Assembly (NCBI GenBank): GCA_951406725.2
Contig: OX597830.1
Coordinates: 35,588,001-35,652,000, forward strand
Direction of reading: 5' to 3'
DNA from: Octopus vulgaris
Taxonomy: Eukaryota
Length of the DNA: 64,000 nt
Part shown: in pieces, positions 31,240-43,598 of the stretch
Layout of the letters: the number at the start of each line of letters is the position of its first letter
Numbering within the stretch: position 1 is the first letter of the stretch
The notes under the pieces: model-generated
What the model saw: the letters and a program-made list of their open reading frames with translations, nothing else
Told to the model about the DNA's origin: nothing
Database searches by the model: none
Made by a program: the position numbers and the translations under genes

Positions 31240-31680
31240 GAGTGGCTGTGTGGTAAGTAGGCGCAGGACTGACTGTGTGTTAGGTCGCTTGCTTACCAAC
31301 CACATGGTTCCGGGTTCAGTCCCACTGCGTGTCACCTTGAGCAAGTGTCTTCTACTACAGCCTCGGGTCGACCAAAGCCTTGTGAGTGGATTTGTCAGAC
31401 GGAAACTGAAAGAAGCCCGTCGTATATATGTATATATATGTATGTGTGCGTGTGATTATGTGTGTGTGTATGTGTTTGCCCCCCCCCCCCCCAACACCGC
31501 TTGACAACTGATCCTGGTGTGTTTACGTCCTCGTAACCTAGCGGTTCAGCAAAAGAGACCGATAAAATAAGTACCAAGCTCACAAAGAATAAGTCCTGGG
31601 GTCGATTTATTCGACTAAAAGCGGTGCCACAGCATGGCCGCAGTCAAATGACTGAAACAAGTAAAAGTGTAAAAGTGAAA
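31240..31680 (+). mobile_element. SINE family A, full length, with duplicated head start
   Basis: Colinear with 22171-22583. Confidence 0.9.
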
Positions 31681-32560
31681 GAAATATAATTAATCGCAGC
31701 AACTTATCAAATTCATTTCAAGTAATTATTTTAAAGGATTCATTTCTTGGCCGTTATTTTATTTATTATCGTAGTTATGGTGCCTCATACAATCTGTTTT
31801 TGAGAAAAATTTATATTTTCTAACACAAATAATTGGTATACATGATTTGAAACAATTCATTTTACATGAAAAAATAAAATTATTTGGAAGCAAAAATTAA
31901 TTTTAACACGTGGTTTGCTTCAGGTGAATTTATCATTTCAGCGGGAGGTGAGGAGATCCCTTAGGTTAAGGTAGGTTAAGTTGAATGAGATACATATATA
32001 AATTTTGATTTTCCATTTAGAATTTTTTTTCTTGCATCAAATAAATTCTTAAAATTGTTAGTCATTGATAGCCGTGTAGAGTACTATTTCTTCCTCCCTT
32101 GGCACCGCATAATTCGAGTCAAATTTTATTATTCTACGAAGTTTCTAATAAGGAGATAAAATAATGAAAACAGTTCATATTTTCTTTGGAGTAAAATTTC
32201 TAAAACATGACCTAAGGAATGAAAGTAACATTGTTTCTTGATATAGATGAATATAGAAACTGCTATTTTGACCAGTGAGCTGGTCAAGTGTTGGAACGTC
32301 GGAAAAAAGGTTGCAGCATTTATTCTAATTATTTACATTCAAAACTCAAATTTCACCGAGGTCACAATGTAAACGTTTTATTAATATATTTTTTCTTGTA
32401 AAGGTAATTACAGAATCGTTACCAGGCCCGAAAAAATTCCGAGTTATATTTCTTCTGACTTTATGTTTGGAGTTCAAATTCCATCGCCGTTGACATTCCT
32501 CCCTTTTGGGTCGATAGAAATAAGTACTATTTGAGGTCAAGTTTCAGAAATAAGTACGAT

Positions 32561-32787
32561 AGGCGGCGAACTGGCAGAAACGTTAGCACGCCGGACGAAA
32601 TGCGTAGCTGTATTTCATCTGCCGTTACGTTCTGAGTTCAAATTCCACCGAGGTCGACTTTGACTTTCATCCTTTCGGGGTCGATTAAATAAGTACCAGT
32701 TACACACTGGGGTCGATGTAATCGACTTCATCCGTTTGTCTGTCCTTGTTTGTCCCCTCTACGTTTATTGTGGGAAATAAAGAAATA
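32561..32787 (+). mobile_element. SINE family B with 15-bp TSD, nested in older family B relics (about 32275-32880)
   Basis: TSD agaaataagtacgat at 32546-32560 and 32788-32802. Confidence 0.9.
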
Positions 32788-32964
32788 AGAAATAAGTACG
32801 ATTTGGACACTGGGGTCAATATAATTGATTTACCCCTCCCATCAAATTGCTGGCTTTGTGCCAAAATTTGAAACCAATATAATGTTTCTTCTCTTCTTGG
32901 GACAAATAACCTGGAGTGTGACACACACCTTAGGCAGGCTGAAAAGTTCTATTATATTAAGTGG

Positions 32965-33347
32965 GTGGAGGCGCAATGACTCAGTGGTCAGGGCAGCGGA
33001 CTCGCGGTTGTAGAATCGCGGTTTCGATTCCCAGACCGGGCGCTGTGAGTGTTTATTGAGCGAAAACACCTAGAGCTCCACGAGGCTCCGGCTGGGTGGG
33101 GTGGCGAACTCTGCTGTACTCTTTCACCTCAACTTTCTCTCACCCTTTCTTCCTGTTTCTGTTGTATCTGTATTTCAAAGGGCCAGCCTTGTCACACTCC
33201 GTGTCACGCTGAATCTCCCCGAGAACTACGTTAAAGGTACATGTGTCTGTGGAGTGCTCAGCCACATGCACGTTAATTTCACGAGCAAGCTGTTCAGTTG
33301 ATCGGTTCAACTGGAACCCTCATATTCGTAACCGATGGAGTGCTACG
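32965..33347 (+). mobile_element. tRNA-derived SINE family C, full length, 11-bp TSD
   Basis: tRNA-like head; 3' part shared with 59490-59642 and 61378-61705. TSD atattaagtgg on both sides. Confidence 0.9.
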
Positions 33348-33451
33348 ATATTAAGTGGAGTGTAACCCATCATATGAGGAGTAAGACTGGAAGAAATTTT
33401 TTGCCATAAAGGGTGACTCCAGGAAACATGACATGACTGTTTTAATTATAA

Positions 33452-33838
33452 CTAGCAGTATCGCCCGGCGTTGCTCGGGTTTGTTTCGACCCTTCAGAAT
33501 TGGAATTTTTGAAAAGTAAAAATGTTGCATTCTGTAGCTTGTTATTCTCTTTAAGCGAACATTCTGGTTAAATACACCGAAAAATGGCGACTCAGCAGTA
33601 AAAAAATCGTACAAAATAGGGATTTTCATAGAAAAAAGCACCTTTTTCATGTAAATCATTTTTGGTGTTAACATAATCCGATTTGAATTTTTTCTTCTAC
33701 GGAAGGAAGAGCAAGCCTTCTTCTATCATACTCTCAATTTTGGACAACTTGCGCCGCAGGGTCTCGGAGGAGATAGTGTTAGTTGAAGGCTACCAAACCT
33801 GCCATTCACAGACAACATCAGCTTTATATATAGAGAGA
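33452..33838 (-). mobile_element. Non-autonomous Helitron
   Basis: Minus strand begins a|TCTCTCTATATATAAAGC and ends with the hairpin CCCGAGCAACGCCGGG followed by CGATACTGCTAG|t. Inserted between A and T with no TSD. Confidence 0.88.
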
Positions 33839-34124
33839 TTTAACTTTTAACAGATATCTTGTCTCTTATAGAAAATGATGAAATAAATACCATTTTTCAA
33901 CAATAAAATATTCATTGCCTGAAAAGATCATTAAATGAAACTATTTCTCATTTATTTATATAACTCTTCTCATAACTATTCTGTTACATGATATCTCTTC
34001 CTTCTCTGTTTTAATCAGTTTTTCTCTCTCACATCATGTGTAGCATTCTTTTAATCAGACCTGCCACCAAGCTTAGTATCTGCACTCGTCACGCACCTCT
34101 TACATTAACTTTCATTGTTATCTT

Positions 34125-34680
34125 TCGTTTTTTACTTGTTTCAATCATTAGACTCTGACCATGCTGTAGCAGCCCGTTGAAGAATTTTAGTCGAACAAAT
34201 CGACCCCATTGCTTAATTTTTTAAGCCTGGTACTCATTCTATCGGTGTCTTTTTCCGAACTGTTAAGTTATGGAGTCATAAACAAAACAACATCGGTTAT
34301 GAAGTCGTGGTGGGGGACAAACTGCCAAAAAAGACACATACATACATACAAACACATATACATAGATACAAAACACATATGTACATACATTCATATAATT
34401 ATATAACGTGTGTGTGTGTGTATGTTTGTATGTATGTATGCATGTATGTATATATGTATGTAAGTATGTAGGTATGTATCTATGTCTCTATGTATCTATG
34501 TATCTATGTATGTATGTACGATGGAATATTTTAGTTTCCGTCTACGAAATCCACTGAGAAAGCTTTGGTCGGTCCGAGGCTATAATAGATGACTCTTGCA
34601 CAAGGTGCCACAGAGTGGGACTGAATCCGGAACCATGTCGTCGGCAGACAGGCTTCTTCCCACACACCTAAGCCTGTGCC
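34125..34680 (-). mobile_element. SINE family A with expanded internal microsatellite
   Basis: Both halves match family A in reverse orientation. Confidence 0.82.
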
Positions 34681-35129
34681 TATGTATCTATCTTTTAATC
34701 TTTTTTCCCCCTCAAGACCCTTTCTCTCCCTCTTTATATACGAATCAAAACCTGGCTGCAGAAATCAACCAACCAACAAACAAAATACAACAACTAAACA
34801 TTAATATTGGCTATTAATTGCGTAGAGGTATGTAGAAAATGTGCTGCCGTGACAATAATAGAACATTCACAAAAGTATTCTTCGAAACTAAATCCAAATC
34901 TTAATATCACAACCATACACGGTTCGTATATAAGCAATACGCTGCCATTTGGCTATGAAACATTTAATCTCAAAATCTCTTCCTCATTTACAGTACACTG
35001 AGTGCTGTCCTATATTCAATTCGTAAAAATCATTTCGAACGAATCTATTTCTAGTTTAATATATTCACGTGAAAAATCTAGAGTAACCAAAAAGAAAACA
35101 GAATTATTTATTGAGAGAGAGAAACAAAC

Positions 35130-35209
<80 letters not shown>

Positions 35210-35471
35210 ATGCATATGTAGATGCGTAAAGAAAATAAACATACGTTTACTATTTTACTCGCCTCAGAAAGCAAAAGTTCTTGCGAAAGTGCTGGAGCAA
35301 AGCCAGCATTATATGTGTGTGTGTTTATGTGTATGTGTTTGTGTGTGTGTGTGTTTTACTTAGATGCATATAAACTTATACGTACTTTCGTACGAGAGAC
35401 TCTGCGTATGTAAGTATAATGGAGATAAATTGATCTATATATATATATAGATAGATAGATAGGAAAAAAGG

Positions 35472-35557
<86 letters not shown>

Positions 35558-36073
35558 TACGGACAGACAGATAAATTTAGTGATGCATACGGTGAATTCT
35601 AAGCACTGCTAATTAACACTGATGGTTTTGAATTTGATGCCAACCTGTTGTCAATGTGTTTTCGTGCTTCTCGTAGCTTGTAAGCAAACAAAAGTCACAA
35701 CCAGTTTTAAAATGAACAATTTTATATCGAACTAGCATTCCCTTCGTATTTCTGCCATCAATCAAGTGGACGGCAGTGCAATAGCTTCGCCTCTGTCACT
35801 GACATTACGCTTGACAACAGAGAAGAAAAAAAATAGGTTTAAAAAATAATGAATAATATATGAATAATAATATAAAATAACACATATCAAAAACAACAGC
35901 AAAAAAAAATCCTCCAGCCTTCAACGACTACCATTTTGTGTGTCTTTGCCAATCGGCAATCTATTTTATACTTTTTTCTTCCCCTTCTCAGCCGGCATTT
36001 TTAAAATCATTTTTGCTTGTTGATTGAAGGGTCATTAAAGTACTGTATGTCATTTCAGTTAGAGCACCGCTAG

Positions 36074-36111
<38 letters not shown>

Positions 36112-36291
36112 CAGTAGTAGTAGTAGTATTTTAATATCACCTGCCTCTTAGACGCTTACATTTACAACACGTACATGAATTGTACACATACACATATATA
36201 CACATAACTGTAGATATTTGCATGCACACGTATATATGTGTGTGTTGGTTGTTTGTATAAATCTGCACATGTAACTATACACATCTGTTAC

Positions 36292-36324
<33 letters not shown>

Positions 36325-36345
36325 ATACAAGTGTATATCTATACA

Positions 36346-36380
<35 letters not shown>

Positions 36381-36428
36381 GTATGTATATATATATATAT
36401 CTATGTGTGTGGATATTTATATACATAC

Positions 36429-36501
<73 letters not shown>

Positions 36502-37051
36502 TACACACGTGCATAGATATATTTAAATATACATATCAGTACGTACGTATCGATGTATTTATATATGTATGCCAGCATGCATGCATGTATGTATGTATGT
36601 ATGTATGTATGTATGTATGTGTGTATGTGTGTATGTATGTATATATGTATGTATGTGTGTATGTATGTATGTATGTATGTATGTATGTATGTATGTATGT
36701 ATGTATGTATGTGTGTGTGTGTGTATGTATGCATATGAAGAGACAGAGACTGAGAGTTATTTGGTCAGTTTCTTTATATTACTTGAAATGGCCAAGAAGA
36801 ATACACAGATGAATTTAGCTGAACATGCCATCAATCATGGCAAATGGGATAAGGTTTATATTTAAAGTCTCTATCTTCTTGCGCATCTTCGTGCTTTATA
36901 CATACGCGTGAGTGCCTGCATTTGTACGCGTAAGTATGTATACACACTCACACACACATAAATGCATGAGCACACAAACATACGCATATATATACATATA
37001 TATATATATAAATATAATTCACCTGCAAGTACGCGCTGATGTGGACTGTTT

Positions 37052-37110
<59 letters not shown>

Positions 37111-37114
<4 letters not shown>

Positions 37115-37500
37115 GCTGTGTGTTAAGTAGTTTGCTTACCAGCCACATGGTTCCGGGTTCAGTTCCAGTGCGTGGCTCCTTGGGCAAGTGTCTTCTACTA
37201 TAGCCTCGGACCGACCAAAGCCTTGTGAGTGGATTTGGTAGACGGAAACTGTAAGAAGCCTTTGGTATATATGTATATATGTATGTGTGTATATGTTTGT
37301 GAGACTGTGATTGCCATCGCTAGGCAATAGATGCTGGTGCGTTTACGTCCCCGTAGCATTAGCGGTTCGGCAAAATGGACCGATAGAATAAGTACTAAGC
37401 TTACAAACAATAAGTCCTGGGATCGATTTACTCGACTAAAGGCGGTGCTCTAGCATGGCCGCAGTCAAATGAATGAATCAAGTAAAGGAATTGAAAAATA
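37111..37500 (+). mobile_element. SINE family A
   Basis: Colinear with 22171-22583; the head abuts (TA)n. Confidence 0.9.
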
Positions 37501-37562
37501 AAAGTATGTATATGAGTGTGTGTGTGTGCGTATGTTTGGGTGTGTGCATATTCATAGGCATT

Positions 37563-37656
<94 letters not shown>

Positions 37657-37703
37657 TGGAATGTTGTAAAGTTTATTTCTTCTTGAAATATATTTTCGTT
37701 GGA

Positions 37704-38072
37704 GGCGGTGAGCTGGCAGAAACGTTAGCACGCCGGGCGAAATGCGTAGCGGAATTTCGTCTTCTGTTACGATCTGAGTTCAAATTCCGCCGAGGTCGAC
37801 TTTGCCCTTCATCTTTTCGGGGTCGATTAAATAAGTACCAGTTACGCACTGGGGCGATATAATCGACTTAATCCGTTTGTCTGTCCTTGTTCGCCCCTCT
37901 GTGTTTGGCCCCTTTTGGGTAGTAAAGAAATAGTTATTTCGTCTGTCTTTACGATCAAATTTCGCCGAAGTCGACTTTGCCTTTCATCCTTTCAGTTACG
38001 CACAGGGGTCGATCTCATGGACTGTCGACTCCCCACAAAATTTTGGGCATTGTGTCTAGAGTAGAAAAGAAC
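37704..38072 (+). mobile_element. SINE family B, internally duplicated long form
   Basis: The central domain occurs twice; probable TSD attttcgtt. Confidence 0.88.
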
Positions 38073-38175
38073 GATTTTCGTTTCCATGCATAATACAAGA
38101 TTACTGTACTCATTTTATGGCTGCGCTTACATTTTTAAGTATTTATTGAGTATTTATGTGTGCGTGTGTGTGTGC

Positions 38176-38218
<43 letters not shown>

Positions 38219-38415
38219 CCTGTGTATTGTTGTAAGTGTTTGTGTTTGTGCGTCTTTGTCAGCATGCCGCATACACACACACAGACACACACACACATAC
38301 ACATACACACACATAGACATATATATATATAGTAAATAAAAAAAAGCGAAAATCAAAGACAAGAAACAACAACGTATGGACGTGGTGCATTTGAAATTTT
38401 AGCAGAGGCTCAGGG

Positions 38416-39056
38416 AATGGAATTTTTTAGAAATTTCTGTCGACCTTTTTTCGAGTAGCGTGCATATTGTGAAAAAATTATATGGTTAATGGACAATATG
38501 TCAAATTTTTCGGCATATTTGGCATTAGAAATTTTTTCGTTTGCCCTTATTTATGAATTGTTTATAAATTTAACCTTCAAAGGTATTTTTTAATATGCTG
38601 GCCATTGATAAAATTTTTTTCGAAAGGAATTTTTTTTCGAAAAAAATGTTATCCTACATTAGATATAAATTTAAGCGATCACTTCCGGACTCTCTCACTC
38701 TGTGAGGGCCTCAGTTCAAATCACACGTGTCTCGAATGGGCTGGAGTATTTCTATTTTGGATGTATTTGGGGTACTTAATTGTGCTTATGACTTAGTGTT
38801 TGCTTCTTCCATGGGTATGAGTAAGTATCTCATTTATTTCTTTTGTCACATGTATCACTGACGAAGGGAGGGCTGTTATGAGCTAACCCTGAAATCAGTC
38901 CGATATGGTAATAATGGAAATTTTAAGACATTTCTGTCGACCTTTTTTCGAGTAGCGTGCGTATTGTGAAAAAATTACATGGTTAATGGACAATATGTCC
39001 AATTTTTCGGCATATTTGGCATTAGAAATTTCTTCGTTTGCCCTTATTTATGAATT
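38416..39056 (+). mobile_element. Retrozyme-like tandem element: 497-bp unit plus 144-bp direct repeat, family H4
   Basis: 38416-38559 is repeated at 38913-39056 (offset 497). A hammerhead lies immediately before the second copy, and the element ends in (TA)n. Confidence 0.8.
38851..38907 (+). ncRNA. Minimal type I hammerhead ribozyme, intact core
   Basis: UGUAUCA CUGACGA AGGG ag GGCU guuaug AGCU aa CCCU GAAA UCAG UC | CGAUAUG; predicted cleavage after C38900. Confidence 0.8.
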
Positions 39057-39059
39057 CTT

Positions 39060-39090
<31 letters not shown>

Positions 39091-39156
39091 GTATGTCTAT
39101 ATATATATATGTATATATATATGTATATATCTATATATGTATGTATATATATATAT

Positions 39157-39196
<40 letters not shown>

Positions 39197-39197
39197 T

Positions 39198-39243
<46 letters not shown>

Positions 39244-39247
<4 letters not shown>

Positions 39248-39707
39248 TTGAAGAAATGGAGTTGAACGAAGATTGAACAGAAATCGTTTTATTGCATTCT
39301 ACACGTGTTTCGAAAGGCACAATTTACCAAATTCCGATTGAATAAGGAGGCCATATTATGTCTTTCTCTTCAGGAAGAAATAGGAAATCCGTTGGAAAAA
39401 ACAGATTTCCTATTTCTTCCTGAAGAGAAAGACACAATATGGTCTCCTTATTCAATCGGAATTTGGTAAATTGTGCCTTTCGAAACACGTGTAGAATGCA
39501 ATAAAACGATTTCTGTTCAATCTTCGTTCAACTCCATTTCTTCAATTCACTAATAATATTAAAATTCAATTATCCGCACCAACGCACGGTTGCAACACCA
39601 TATGGTTGTACCTCCAACCGTGCTGTCTTCTGCTGTGATTTTTGCTACCAAGGTATCGGTTAAACTTTTGATTAATCTGTAACAAGATTATTCATCTTTC
39701 TATTTCA

Positions 39708-39710
<3 letters not shown>
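39244..39710 (+). mobile_element. Fold-back HHR mini-element, family H3, inserted in (TA)n
   Basis: 150-bp inverted arms (39244-39393 and 39400-39549, about 3 mismatches) plus a 160-bp 3' tail. Homologous to 59639-59937 and 47825-48018. Confidence 0.9.
39415..39497 (+). ncRNA. Type I hammerhead ribozyme with long helix II, intact core (mirror copy on the minus strand at 39296-39378)
   Basis: UUC CUGAAGA GAAAG acACAAU...AUUGUgc CUUUC GAA ACACGUGU A | GAA; predicted cleavage after A39493. Confidence 0.85.
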
Positions 39711-39745
<35 letters not shown>

Positions 39746-40389
39746 GTATCCCTATTTACATATATAAACCGAAAACTGGACAATTTTGGTATGTTTCATC
39801 GAGTATTTAACATTCTCCAGTGTTTTTAATTCACATATAAACCATAACCTCTACAAATATTCTTTGCACATCGGCATATGTGCTTTATAAAAACAACTTG
39901 GATTATAACCTAATCTACAGACAATTTATATACGCATATGGTGAGACAAAGACCAAGATGATACGTAAAAACAGAAGGACTTAACTTATATAAATGAAAC
40001 ATTCATTCTGTATTGACAAAAGGCAGCGAATTATAACAACGTTTACTGGTTCGGATATGAAATATATTAAGGTTTACTGAAATCCTACAAATTTTAACGT
40101 AACCCTTTAATTTTTACTTTCCCTTACAAAACAAGCATTGCCCAGGATTCTTGACTTGTGCTCTAACTGCCATCCTTTCATTATCTACCACTGTCGACAT
40201 CAAACCAAGACGACAGCAGACGGCCCTTGGACTGCCTCACAAAATTACATAATGAAGAAAGTGCTTGTCAAATAATTATTCAAGATGTTCCCTGACATTG
40301 GCGTTGAAGGGTGAAAGAAAGTAGATATTGATAGGGTACAGTTGTCATCCTCAGAATGTTTACATATTGAGATGGAATACTTTGAGGTT

Positions 40390-40592
<203 letters not shown>

Positions 40593-40594
40593 TA

Positions 40595-40733
40595 AGGCGG
40601 CGAGCTGGCAGAATTATTAACACGTTAGATGAAATGCTTAGCGGTATTTCGCCCATCGCAATCTTCTGAGTACAAATTCCGTTGATGTCAACCGTACCTT
40701 TCATCCTTTTGGGGTCAATAAAGAAAGTACCTG
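40595..40733 (+). mobile_element. SINE family B, 5' part
   Basis: aggcggcgagctggcagaat...cctttcatccttttggggtcaataaa. Confidence 0.8.
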
Positions 40734-41109
40734 TCCAGAGCGGAAGTTTGACGGAATTAATTGAGCCCCAAACAAAGTGTCTTGCACTACTTGTTTCAGT
40801 CTTTGCATTCAGAGTTTTTTGCCTGAAGATAACCTTTTGTTGAATTTAAAACCACCTCCTGGTCATTGGGTCTAATTTCATCCTTTCATTTCACCAATCT
40901 CAAGGACCATGAAAAAAATATAAGGTTATAGGTGCTGCCTTTCTCTCGCAGACTGAATGGTAAAAAAATTACTTCACTTCCATTTACACACGTAGTCCTT
41001 GAATAATTCTGTTTTTTCATTAGATTTCATATAAATGTATCTTATCTTTGTTTTCTGATGTTCTTTGATTCTGAAGAACAAGAACAACGCACGCTAACTT
41101 GTGATTTCT

Positions 41110-41420
41110 ACAAAAGCTCCTTGCCGGATAATGCCTTTTAGGTGGATTTGGTGGTCGGAAACTGTGTGGAAGCGCGTCGTATATGTGTGTATGTGTGTGT
41201 GTGTGTGTGTGTGTGTCATGTTTGTAGTTTTCCTTCCCACCGCCTGAACAACCTGTGTTGGTTTGGTTACATCACGTAACTTGGCGGTTTTCAAAAGATT
41301 CCGTTTGGATAAGTACCAAACTTGAAAAACACAAATACAGGCTCGAGTTGTTCGACTAAACTCTTCAATGAAGTGCCCCAGCATAGCAGCATCCCAGTGA
41401 CTGATGCACGTAAGCAAAGC
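41110..41420 (+). mobile_element. Degenerate SINE family A
   Basis: gtggatttggtg..cggaaactg..gaagc.cgtcgtata...gataagtacc...ttcgactaaa. Confidence 0.65.
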
Positions 41421-42753
41421 GAAATTTGCCCTTGTTTACAGTCGAAACTGAAGTTATTGGCTACTATAAGGCGTTTTCACAAGATAGAGTTCCGGAAGCA
41501 CAGTTATATGTAAACACTAAGAACTTTGTCTCTTTTCTCTACTACGATGTAGAAAAGAAGGAAACACTACGAGCTTTCCGTCTTTCCTCTACTACTATGA
41601 AGAAGAGAATAAAAAGCACATCCATGAATTTCATCAAGACTTTAACTATTACCATCTTTAATGAAATGTCTGACTTGATAATATGGTGAAAAAATAAAGT
41701 CACAATTATGTCATGCTGGGGATTTCTAAAAAGAATGAAATAGCGATATGTATTCATATCATTACCAATGACAAAAAATTTTAGTAACTTCAAGAAAAGA
41801 AAGCAAAAATAAATAAAGAATTAAAAAGTGGATGGTAAGCATCTTTTCCCTTATTTTTCCTAAATTTCAATTTCAAGTTCTAAACTTTCTTCATACCATG
41901 ACGAAATAATTATCTCGTTGGAAATAGCTGCGACCACAAGGAGAAGCAAGGTTGACTAAAAGGTCACATTTTTAAATCCAAGTTTTCAGAAGATTGACGC
42001 GCGCATGCTCGAACTGGTTCCAATTTGCCACACAATAAATTACAAACCGGCAAGAGACGTTTACTGTTAATCTTATTAGGTTGATGCTCACGGAAAAATC
42101 AAAGAAGTACAAGATTTAGAGTAAAACTTATCACGTTTCGGACATATAACATATACTTTCAAATACTAGAAGTGCAGAAGTAGTAAACAGAAGGATAGGA
42201 GGAAAAATAATAAGAAGGCAGTCAGGAAAGACGTACGTGGGTTACGTTCACATACACATATAAATACATGTACACACGGATACGTTTGTACGTACATGTG
42301 TGCGTGTTTGTTTCTCCAACACAGCGTGAGTTACTAGTGAATATGAAATCTCTCTACATAACAACTGGTGCCCTAGCTTGGTTACATCCTTTGGGTTGAA
42401 ACTCATAAAAAATAAAAGAATAAATTACATCTCTGGTTGTTCTTATGTTATAGATTTAATAGTTATAAGGTAGAAGACTAATAAATCATTTTAAATTATC
42501 TCAGCTAGAAAACTGTCCACAGAAATATAAAGTTATTTTATTATTTAAAAGAAAAATTTTCGCACGAGTCAGTAACGAGGTCAAAAAGGCAAGACACTGC
42601 GTTTCCCCGAAGGCCACATAGGTACTCTGTGTGTGTGTGTGTTTCTTTGTGTGTATGTTTGTGTGTGTATATCTATCTGTATGTATATAATTGTATGCAT
42701 GCACATATATATGTACAAACACATATACATTCACACACACATATATATATGTA

Positions 42754-42828
<75 letters not shown>

Positions 42829-42884
42829 TATGTATACATATATATATATATATATATATATTTATACACACAGACATTTATATG

Positions 42885-42915
<31 letters not shown>

Positions 42916-43370
42916 GTATATATATATATAATTTGTTGTATATAGATTATTGTGTTTTTTTTTACTTTTGCTAATTTTTGTAGTTTTTTTCTTTACCATT
43001 TTCTGCCTATCTGTCTATATATATATACAGCTACATGTATAGTTGTGTGCGTGATTTATGAATGTGTATGAGTATGCCTCTGTATGAAGATGTGTTTTGG
43101 GAAAAAAATCACAGATGTATTTGTTCACCAATATCTATGTTGATTTATATTGTTTAGTTGTTAATGTTGTGTTGCGGCTGTTGGTAGTGTTGAAGAGGTA
43201 ACAGTAGGTTTTATTTCAAAGCAATTCTGTTTGTATGAACCTGCCCTATAGGAAAATTCCTCCTATCCGTGATGATCCAGAATTATGTTAGGACTTAATA
43301 TATATGAATATATGCGTGCATGTGCATGTATGTAGAAAATTACATATGTATGCATTCATGTACGTAAATA

Positions 43371-43598
43371 TTAGGTTGGTGCATAATTTTATTCAACAAA
43401 AATAATAACAATACTTAACAAAAACATCTTTAAATGACGATCTGACCGTCTGCCAAGCAAATGGGGAGCAGTAATTGAAGTAGATGGTGAGTATGCTCCG
43501 GAATAATCGTTTAAAGATGTTTTTGTTGCATGTTGTTATTGTCTTTGTTGAATAAAATTTGTTGAAAAAAAAGCCGCAATAATTATGCACCAACCCAA
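43371..43598 (+). mobile_element. Mariner-derived MITE with TA TSD
   Basis: TIRs TTAGGTTGGTGCATAATT / AATTATGCACCAACCCAA plus longer subterminal inverted repeats. The centre encodes the transposase C-terminal remnant DRLPSKWGAVIEVDGEYAPE*. Confidence 0.88.

Noticed and set aside
38416-39056. CRISPR-like or LTR interpretation of the direct repeats
   Set aside because: Eukaryotic context, only two 144-bp repeats, and no spacers, TG..CA ends, primer-binding site or cas genes.
42140-42175. cacgtttcggacatataac resembling an HHR 3' half
   Set aside because: The core 5' box and helix II are too eroded to call.
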